DNA of 32,712 nt, taken from the IMG/VR virus record IMGVR_UViG_3300044845_000540, positions 1-32,712 of that record, one strand, 5' to 3'. The notes beneath the pieces were generated by a model. That model saw only the letters and a list, made by a program, of their open reading frames with translations. It was not told the origin of the DNA and did not search any database. This document shows, piece by piece, positions 26,430-32,712 of this stretch (the stretch's first letter is position 1; each line of letters opens with the position of its first letter). Position numbers and translations under genes: made by a program. Source of the DNA: a virus (lineage: Duplodnaviria; Caudoviricetes).

Positions 26430-26844
26430 GAGGAAGATCACTTCTAAGGAATTTGATTTTATTCAACAAAACTTTAATAAGCTTCCTTTTCAACATTTAC
26501 GTAAGAAGTTAAAAGTTCAAGATTCAACTTTGTATGAATGGCTATTAGATGTTTTTAAGTCTAATCATTCATCATTTGATTATGATGAACTACAAGAAGT
26601 TCTTAGATACAGGTTTTTTTTAGTTGAAATAGCAGACATTGTTTATTTAGTTGAATTTGATGAAGCTGTTGTAGCTTCGAATATAAAGTTCTGTCCTATT
26701 AAGTTAGGTGTTGATTACAATGTTAGTGTTTTAGGCGATTATGAATTTCATAGATTGAAAAAGGATCTGTATGTGTTTAGAATAGAAGTTTCTAATAATT
26801 ACGTGTATGATTTTTGGTCTACAACTCAATTTTTTCTAACATGA
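26389..26844 (+). CDS. Hypothetical protein, possible N-terminal HTH
   Basis: LRKKLKVQDSTLYEW; overlaps both neighbours. Confidence 0.55.
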   Translation: MTRNAFMIFHHKSKRKITSKEFDFIQQNFNKLPFQHLRKKLKVQDSTLYEWLLDVFKSNHSSFDYDELQEVLRYRFFLVEIADIVYLVEFDEAVVASNIKFCPIKLGVDYNVSVLGDYEFHRLKKDLYVFRIEVSNNYVYDFWSTTQFFLT

Positions 26845-27203
26845 AGCATGAAGAAAGCAAGATCCAGCAGCAATGTGTTCAGTGGTTTCGTTATTCATTT
26901 CCAAAGAAATTGATTTTTGCCATACCTAATGGTGTTCTAATTGGCGGTAATCAACTCCAACGCATTAAAAGATGGAATATATTGAAAGCGGAAGGTGCCA
27001 CATCTGGTGTGCCTGATTTACTTATTTGCTTCCCATCAGGTCAGTATCATGGTTTGTTTGTAGAAATGAAGACAGAAAAAGGTAAACTATCCGAAGCTCA
27101 AAAGACAATTCATAGTCAGTTGATAAATTCAGGTTATTGCGTTAAGATTTGTAGATCTTTAGATGATTTCATTCAAACTGTTCATAAATATGTAGAGCTT
27201 TAG
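26841..27203 (+). CDS. VRR-NUC domain nuclease (resolvase-like)
   Basis: ESKIQ, AIPNG, GVPDL, FVEMK..KGKLSEAQ; probable start 26841. Confidence 0.9.
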   Translation: MKHEESKIQQQCVQWFRYSFPKKLIFAIPNGVLIGGNQLQRIKRWNILKAEGATSGVPDLLICFPSGQYHGLFVEMKTEKGKLSEAQKTIHSQLINSGYCVKICRSLDDFIQTVHKYVEL

Positions 27204-27224
27204 TTGTTCTATCATACATATGCA

Positions 27225-27232
27225 TATATTTG
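27225..27232 (+). promoter_or_regulatory. -7 promoter element TATATTTG of the replication gene, flanked by ATCATACATA direct repeats
   Basis: TAnnTTTG with repeats at 27211-27220 and 27234-27243. Confidence 0.65.
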
Positions 27233-27250
27233 CATCATACATAAAAACTC

Positions 27251-28003
27251 ATGGCAAAAGATCCTGCTTTCCTTTTTTACTACCAAGATTTTTTAGTTGG
27301 TACTGATGATATGACTAATGACGAAGTTGGTGCTTACATTAGGTGCTTATGTCATCAGGCTTCAAAAGGATCAATAAGTGAAAAACATATGATGAAGATA
27401 TGTTTAAGACATGATGTGTTTGATGCTGTTGCTTTAAAATTTGATCGTGATGAGAATAACAACTTTTGTAATGAAAGATTGTCTATTGAAATCAATAAAC
27501 GTAAAGCTTTTGCAGAATCAAGAAGAAATAACAGACTGAAAAAATCATATGAAAAAGATATGATTGACATATCTAAAACATATGATGAACATATGGAAAA
27601 TGAAAATGAAAATAAAAATATAATTAAAAATAAAAAAACTACAAGCAAAAAGTTTGTGAAGCCAAATGAAAATGAAGTGTACAACTTAATGGGAGAACTT
27701 AATGTTAAAGGTGGAAGCTTTCTTACAGAAGACAAGTTAGTTAATTTTGCACGCACTTTCATTGATTATTATGAAGCAAAAGGATGGGTGATAGGAAGAT
27801 CTCCAATGAAAAACTGGAATAGCGCTGTAAGAAATTGGATGCGCAAAGAATGGGACAATTTAAAAAATCAAAAACCAAATGGATACACAAAACAATCAAC
27901 TTCAACAGCAGACAGCGTTGCAAAAGCTAATCAACTTTTCGCCGAAGCAGTCGCTATCAGTCGCGCACGCGATAACACAAGACAAGATTTCTCTGCTTCG
28001 TAA
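27251..28003 (+). CDS. Replication initiator (DUF1376/YdaU-like N-terminus)
   Basis: PAFLFYYQDFL..T..MT..EVGAYI.LC; C-terminal DYYEAKGW...MKNW..AVRNW; internal iterons. Confidence 0.8.
   Translation: MAKDPAFLFYYQDFLVGTDDMTNDEVGAYIRCLCHQASKGSISEKHMMKICLRHDVFDAVALKFDRDENNNFCNERLSIEINKRKAFAESRRNNRLKKSYEKDMIDISKTYDEHMENENENKNIIKNKKTTSKKFVKPNENEVYNLMGELNVKGGSFLTEDKLVNFARTFIDYYEAKGWVIGRSPMKNWNSAVRNWMRKEWDNLKNQKPNGYTKQSTSTADSVAKANQLFAEAVAISRARDNTRQDFSAS
27546..27640 (+). repeat. Putative replication origin: five iterons at 11-bp spacing followed by an A-rich tract
   Basis: SATATS cores start at 27546, 27557, 27568, 27579 and 27590; A-rich 27597-27640. Confidence 0.7.
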
Positions 28004-28571
28004 GATAGATAGACAAACAACTAAAGAAAAAATTATGCAACTGGTTACAAGATGTACTCAGTTAGTTAATGTACAGAACAACATGAATGCAATGCAAATT
28101 GAATTCTGTGCTGAGAATATCCTAGAAAAAATGTGGATGTATTCACTTGAAGATGTGCAACTATGTTTAGATCGTGGCGCTATTGGCGAATATGGTACTA
28201 TATACAATCGCATAGATCCAGCTACTATTCTTGCTTGGTTTACCGCTTATGATCAGCAAAGGCAAACAATAAGTGATGCAATCAATGAAGGTAAGAAACA
28301 GCAGAATAATATCTATGAAATGTTCCAGCATCCACAGATCATGGATGCAATGCAACAGGCAGCAGATAAGTTGAAAATTAAAGAAGAACCGCGTGAAACA
28401 GTTAAAACGGAACTTTCACAATTTGAGCAACAATTGCTAAATGAATATGACGCTTTGCCAGAATGGAAAGAAAACAAATGGTTTAAGATCTACAACAATA
28501 AACCATACCAATTTACAGAATATAGAAAGGAAAGATATTTAGAAGAAATAGAAACGCAAAATGAATACTGA
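27879..28571 (+). CDS. Replication-associated protein (lambda P/helicase-loader position)
   Basis: Follows the initiator; SLEDV.LC...G.YG.IYNRID...I..W..Y pattern. Confidence 0.55.
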   Translation: MDTQNNQLQQQTALQKLINFSPKQSLSVAHAITQDKISLLRKIDRQTTKEKIMQLVTRCTQLVNVQNNMNAMQIEFCAENILEKMWMYSLEDVQLCLDRGAIGEYGTIYNRIDPATILAWFTAYDQQRQTISDAINEGKKQQNNIYEMFQHPQIMDAMQQAADKLKIKEEPRETVKTELSQFEQQLLNEYDALPEWKENKWFKIYNNKPYQFTEYRKERYLEEIETQNEY

Positions 28572-28725
28572 TATGAATAATAGACAACTTGCATTACAAA
28601 TGGCAACAGAAATTGTTAAGGCACAATTAGCGTCAGAGCGTATGAATCATGATGATGTGATGGAGTTAGCAAATCATATGTATCACTTTCTTGAAAATAT
28701 CGCATATAACCAAGATCAGAAATGA
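28561..28725 (+). CDS. Hypothetical protein (54 aa)
   Basis: Translated by hand (MNTDMNNRQLALQMATEIVK...); ATGA overlap with the next gene. Confidence 0.55.
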   Translation: MNTDMNNRQLALQMATEIVKAQLASERMNHDDVMELANHMYHFLENIAYNQDQK

Positions 28726-28949
28726 AAAAGCAAACAGCATTAGAGTGGCTTTATACTAAGTTAGACATGCTTTCAACTCGTGATGAAGTGGCTGATTTAG
28801 TTTATAAATTAGAAGAACACGCCAAAGCAATGGAGAAGGAGCAAATAGTTGATGCTTTTAATGAAGAAAACCACGGGTTTAATGGATGGAAACGAGTTGA
28901 CCTAAGTGGCGAACAATACTACAATGAAACATACGGAGGTGACAAATGA
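28722..28949 (+). CDS. Hypothetical phage protein
   Basis: KQTALEWL..AKAMEKEQI.DA..EQYYNETYG, a pattern common in Bacteroidota phages. Confidence 0.75.
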   Translation: MKKQTALEWLYTKLDMLSTRDEVADLVYKLEEHAKAMEKEQIVDAFNEENHGFNGWKRVDLSGEQYYNETYGGDK

Positions 28950-29209
28950 GTCCAAAACAATATGCTGAAGATTTAATAGATAAGATGTACAATACAGAGC
29001 ATTGTGGTATTGAGCATTTTCCAAATAAAAGATATTGTGATTGCACAGAAATGAGTTTATATCAAGCCAAGCAATGTGCTTTGGTAGCAGTAGATGAAGT
29101 CTTAAATGTATTGCCACAAAGCGAATACCTTGAAGATAGGGGTGAGTATTGTGAAAATAGAGAAAGATTGTATTGGAAAGAAGTAAAACAAGAAATACAA
29201 AAGCTATGA
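28946..29209 (+). CDS. Hypothetical phage protein
   Basis: AKQCALVAVDE..YWKEVKQEI pattern. Confidence 0.75.
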   Translation: MSPKQYAEDLIDKMYNTEHCGIEHFPNKRYCDCTEMSLYQAKQCALVAVDEVLNVLPQSEYLEDRGEYCENRERLYWKEVKQEIQKL

Positions 29210-29778
29210 AAGGAACCTTAGTGAAAACAGACCAGGGGTGGGTGGTGGAACATAAAGTAGCAGAAAAAACACCAATAGGTTACAAGTCTTGGTGGGGAAC
29301 ATTTCCATTGCATCCCGAGTTCATTGAAATGATGAATACTTGCTTTACATCAAAGTTTACACAAGAAGTAGAGTTTGAGTTCGTAACAGAGTGGGAGAAT
29401 GGCGAAGTAGGTGTAAATGGATTAACCTATGCCAAACTAATCCATCATCCTGTTGACACCAACAAAATGATGGACCATATTGGTGAGGTCAACGAAATGG
29501 TCAACCATGTTCCTGCTGTCGGGAAGATGGTGGAAGATGTAGAGAAGTTGGCTGAGGAATTTTATCCATTAAATGATAATTTATATCCAAATTCTTCTTT
29601 AATAAGAAAAGCATTCACAGCAGGCTACAACAAGGCCAAAGAAACTCTATTTACAAAAGAAGATGTTTTAAAAGCAGGTGAAATTGGAGAGATAAACCAT
29701 TATGATTACAAACATATTGTTTCCCTATTAGATGAAGCCAAAGCAATTAACCAATCACTTAAACAACACAAACAATGA
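29206..29778 (+). CDS. Mosaic hypothetical protein with 10-aa repeats
   Basis: Probable start MKGTLVKT (ATGA overlap); H....NKM repeats. Confidence 0.65.
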   Translation: MKGTLVKTDQGWVVEHKVAEKTPIGYKSWWGTFPLHPEFIEMMNTCFTSKFTQEVEFEFVTEWENGEVGVNGLTYAKLIHHPVDTNKMMDHIGEVNEMVNHVPAVGKMVEDVEKLAEEFYPLNDNLYPNSSLIRKAFTAGYNKAKETLFTKEDVLKAGEIGEINHYDYKHIVSLLDEAKAINQSLKQHKQ

Positions 29779-30047
29779 ACAAAATAAACTTAGCAATTGA
29801 GGATTGTCAATCCCAAATTGACCGATTAGAGCTTGAAAGAATAATGGTTCAGGTGGAACTTGACACCTACAAAAAGCAGTTGGATAATCTTGAAAGGATT
29901 AGAGACAACAAGAGTATTCCACATGATGACCAGCACAAGCCTGTGACCCTTACTACTTCTGTGGATCAGCTTGAGATGCTTAATACAACAACTTCACAAG
30001 ATGACAGATGGAAGTTAACTACAAAAAATCAGGGAGATGACAAATGA
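29775..30047 (+). CDS. Hypothetical coiled-coil protein
   Basis: Translationally coupled ORF. Confidence 0.65.
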   Translation: MNKINLAIEDCQSQIDRLELERIMVQVELDTYKKQLDNLERIRDNKSIPHDDQHKPVTLTTSVDQLEMLNTTTSQDDRWKLTTKNQGDDK

Positions 30048-30205
30048 AGCAATACGACGTACAAAAAGAAATAGAACTGTTGAGAAAATTATTTATATTG
30101 GCAGCCAGACGTAGCATGAGACCTTCAATGCAAGACAACGAAACAATGAAATTGCTTTTCGAAGAATTGTATTTACTTACTGACAAAGAAATCTATAAAG
30201 TATGA
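30044..30205 (+). CDS. Hypothetical protein (53 aa)
   Basis: Translated by hand (MKQYDVQKEIELLRKL...); ATGA overlaps at both ends. Confidence 0.6.
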   Translation: MKQYDVQKEIELLRKLFILAARRSMRPSMQDNETMKLLFEELYLLTDKEIYKV

Positions 30206-30297
30206 AACAAAACGATTGGTGGATATTGTTTTTAGGGATCCTTATAGGCATTAACATTGGTTTATTGATAGTCAACTTAACTTTACTCTTACCATGA
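30202..30297 (+). CDS. Small membrane peptide (31 aa)
   Basis: MKQNDWWILFLGILIGINIGLLIV...; ATGA overlaps at both ends. Confidence 0.55.
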   Translation: MKQNDWWILFLGILIGINIGLLIVNLTLLLP

Positions 30298-30473
30298 CTG
30301 TAGGTGAATTAAAGAAATATCTGGAAACATTTGATGATTCACTAACAGTACATGTTGGAAACATAGATTGCTATCAAATCATATTAAGAGATTTTGACAT
30401 TTATAGAATGAATGATCATGACACGAACTTTGTTTGTTTTTCAATAGATAACTTAGAACAATTTTTAAATTAA
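30294..30473 (+). CDS. Hypothetical protein (59 aa, MTVGELKKYLETFDDSLTV...)
   Basis: Translated by hand; common phage MTVxEL...L..D..V motif. Confidence 0.6.
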   Translation: MTVGELKKYLETFDDSLTVHVGNIDCYQIILRDFDIYRMNDHDTNFVCFSIDNLEQFLN

Positions 30474-30477
30474 ATAT

Positions 30478-30687
30478 ATGGCTTACGTACAAAAACCTAA
30501 CACGTTTACATTATTTGTTAATGATAAAAAAAGCAACAATTCACCAGATATGACAGGTACTTTTGTTGATTCAAATGGTAAGGAAATGAGAATTGCCGCT
30601 TGGAAAAAACAAGGTAGCAAAGGTGAATTTTATTCTGGTCAAATATCTGAAAAAATTGCTAAAGACAAAGAAGATCAACCATTCTAA
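30478..30687 (+). CDS. Small ssDNA-binding-like protein (DUF736-like)
   Basis: PDMTG, IAAWKK, FYSGQIS; acidic tail ending DQPF. Confidence 0.6.
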   Translation: MAYVQKPNTFTLFVNDKKSNNSPDMTGTFVDSNGKEMRIAAWKKQGSKGEFYSGQISEKIAKDKEDQPF

Positions 30688-30923
30688 TGAATTTACCAAT
30701 CATACCTATAGATAAGGCTAACCACGCGTTGTATGGCATTGCTATATATGCGGCTGCTGCTTCGATATTTAGTGCGCCATTCTCAATGATCGTAGTGTTT
30801 GCGTTTGCGGCTGGCAAAGAACTATATGATTCTGTACTAAAAGAAAAGCAATTTAGCAGCTTAGATTTAGTTGCAACATTGTGTGGCGGTTTGATTGGAA
30901 TGTACATTGGTCTGTTTACATGA
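30687..30923 (+). CDS. Small membrane protein (DKxxH...KE..D...D..AT..G family)
   Basis: DKANH, GKELYD and DLVATLCGG among hydrophobic helices. Confidence 0.65.
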   Translation: MNLPIIPIDKANHALYGIAIYAAAASIFSAPFSMIVVFAFAAGKELYDSVLKEKQFSSLDLVATLCGGLIGMYIGLFT

Positions 30924-32218
30924 TAGAATATCTGCCTAAGCAAAAAGAAGCATTGCGTGTTTTGGGTAATTCACATGAATCACGTGTTGTTCTTTTTGGT
31001 GGTGCAGCTGGTGGATCTAAATCTTTTATTGGTTGTGCATGGCAGATCAGTAGACGGTTTAAATATCCAGGTACTCGTGGTCTAATTGGCAGAAGTAAAC
31101 TTGACACACTAAAAAAGACTACTTTAAAGACGTTTTTTGAAGTGGCTCAAATGATGGGCTTAAATCCTAATGAGCACTTTACACTTAACAATCAAACTCA
31201 TACTATAAAATTCACAAATGGTAGCGAAATAATACTAAAAGATCTTTTTGCCTATCCATCAGATCCTGAATTTCATGCATTAGGTGGTCTTGAATTAACT
31301 GATGCCTACGTGGATGAAGTAGCACAAGTAAGTAAAAGAGCAATTGATATATTGCAATCCCGTATTCGTTTTAAGTTGAATCAATATGACCTTAAACCAA
31401 AGATGCTGCTCACATGCAATCCATCAAAAGGATGGTTGTACAACGAGTTTTATTCCCCATATAAGGCACAAACACTTGCGCCACATCTTGCGTTCATACA
31501 ATCATTGCCAAATGACAATCCGCATCTACCCGAATCATACATTGAAACGTTGCGCATGTTGCCTGAAGTGGACAGAAGACGTTTATTGGATGGAGATTGG
31601 GAGTATGATGAAAGCGTAGACAATCTATATCAATATGATGATCTTGTTAGATGCTTTAGAGATGAGGAAAGCAAAGGTGATAAGTTTATTAGCGCTGACA
31701 TTGCACGTTTAGGAAAGGATAGAACAGTTATTTGCGTATGGAGTGGATTACATTTAATAGAAATTCACGAACTACGAAAGCAACCAATCACAACAACTGT
31801 TTCTACTATTAGACAATTATGTGATAGACATGGTGTAAAACTAAACAATGTAATTTGTGATGAAGATGGTGTGGGAGGTGGTGTGGTAGACAGTTTAAAA
31901 TGTAGAGGTTTTTTAAATGGTGGAAGAGCCAAACAGTCTGATAAGTTTGTCAATCAAAAGGCAGAATGCTATTTCAAATTAGCAGAACTAATAGAACAAA
32001 ACAAAGTTGTTTTTAAAGTCAATCAATTTCGTGATGTGATTGTGCAAGAACTAGACATGATTAGACGCAGACAGCCGGAAGCAGATAGCAAACTAGCTGT
32101 AATTAGTAAAGATGAGATAGCAAGAATGCATGGAAAGTCACCAGACTATGCAGATGCTATCATGATGCGCATGTATTTTGAGCTGTTTCCAAACTATGGA
32201 AGCTATTCTTGGGCTTAG
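30920..32218 (+). CDS. terL: Terminase large subunit
   Basis: Walker A GGAAGGSKS, Walker B AYVDE, TCNP, nuclease ISADIARLGKD and SPDYADA; probable start 30920 (ATGA overlap). Confidence 0.93.
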   Translation: MIEYLPKQKEALRVLGNSHESRVVLFGGAAGGSKSFIGCAWQISRRFKYPGTRGLIGRSKLDTLKKTTLKTFFEVAQMMGLNPNEHFTLNNQTHTIKFTNGSEIILKDLFAYPSDPEFHALGGLELTDAYVDEVAQVSKRAIDILQSRIRFKLNQYDLKPKMLLTCNPSKGWLYNEFYSPYKAQTLAPHLAFIQSLPNDNPHLPESYIETLRMLPEVDRRRLLDGDWEYDESVDNLYQYDDLVRCFRDEESKGDKFISADIARLGKDRTVICVWSGLHLIEIHELRKQPITTTVSTIRQLCDRHGVKLNNVICDEDGVGGGVVDSLKCRGFLNGGRAKQSDKFVNQKAECYFKLAELIEQNKVVFKVNQFRDVIVQELDMIRRRQPEADSKLAVISKDEIARMHGKSPDYADAIMMRMYFELFPNYGSYSWA

Positions 32219-32340
32219 TTAAGTAATTGATTCTCAATGTTCATTTGTTAAATTTTCAAAGATCTTCACTTTTTTTATACAAGATGAAAGATTTTGCATA
32301 TATTTACTCCATCAATAACAACAATAAAAAACACAACAAC

Positions 32341-32568
32341 ATGTTTGAAACATCTAACAAATACTTTAAAGAATTCTACATTGGATCTAAATACATAGGA
32401 CATTTGACTTGTGAAAAAGATCGTGAGGAAATAGGTTACTATGGTAGACAAAAAACCATATTGACTGAGGATGTTATTTTACAAAACAAGAAAAAGATTA
32501 AAAAAGGCACGCTAGTAAATACATTGATTTACCCAATCTGTGAAAAGATTGTACGACAAACCATTTAA
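32341..32568 (+). CDS. Hypothetical early protein
   Basis: ATG at 32341 after an A/C-rich leader and promoter-like TATATTTA (32299-32306). Confidence 0.65.
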   Translation: MFETSNKYFKEFYIGSKYIGHLTCEKDREEIGYYGRQKTILTEDVILQNKKKIKKGTLVNTLIYPICEKIVRQTI

Positions 32569-32582
32569 CTTTTACACATTAA

Positions 32583-32712
32583 AGATAACACAAAAACATA
32601 AACAACATGGCAATTATTTACGGAGTTACTGATCCCTATCCACACAAACACAAATGCATTTACTGCGATTGGGAAGATGCATATTATGATGAAGTTAAAG
32701 ATCAGGCACTTG
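32583..32712 (+). repeat. Terminal direct repeat, right copy
   Basis: Matches 1-130 with one mismatch and repeats the start of ORF 25..282. Confidence 0.97.

Larger units (their letters stand above)
1..32712. mobile_element. Complete circular tailed-phage genome (siphovirus-like, probable Bacteroidota host)
   Basis: Terminal repeat; terminase, portal, capsid, tail, tape measure and lysis genes; TAnnTTTG promoters; no host housekeeping genes or integrase seen. Confidence 0.92.

Noticed and set aside
1-32712. CRISPR array, tRNA, diversity-generating retroelement, intron/intein or stop-codon reassignment
   Set aside because: No repeat-spacer array, cloverleaf, reverse transcriptase or interrupted core gene was seen; genes are intact under the standard code with all three stop codons used
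1-32712. Apparent abundance of AGATCT/GATC sites
   Set aside because: A rough count by eye was not clearly above expectation for this base composition; a k-mer computation would be needed

Overview
The window is a complete circular genome of a small tailed (siphovirus-like) phage, most likely infecting a Bacteroidota host. The unique length is about 32,582 bp, because bases 1-130 recur at 32583-32712. The host inference rests on TAnnTTTG promoter elements, A/C-rich non-Shine-Dalgarno leaders and Bacteroidota-type virion proteins. The + strand arm (26184 through the origin to 6062) carries regulation, replication, a terminase large subunit, RecT/exonuclease and a nucleotide/DNA-modification operon. 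The - strand arm (26143 to 6118) carries an ECF-like sigma factor, the terminase small subunit, and tail, head and lysis genes. The standout is a compact T4-like cytosine hypermodification cassette: a DUF6378-like protein, a T4-type DNA beta-glucosyltransferase, MazG, and a dCMP-hydroxymethylase-type thymidylate synthase homolog. It sits in a 32.6-kb phage with no recognisable polymerase, helicase or dNMP kinase of its own. Other notable signals are a -1 frameshift in the tail chaperone, an A11 run at the junction of the portal and two fused domains, a 16-bp palindrome formed by two overlapping opposed promoters at the strand switch, 11-bp phased iterons in the replication initiator gene, and a candidate small RNA antisense to early-gene leaders. 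All homologies were recognised by eye from recalled motifs; no database search was run.
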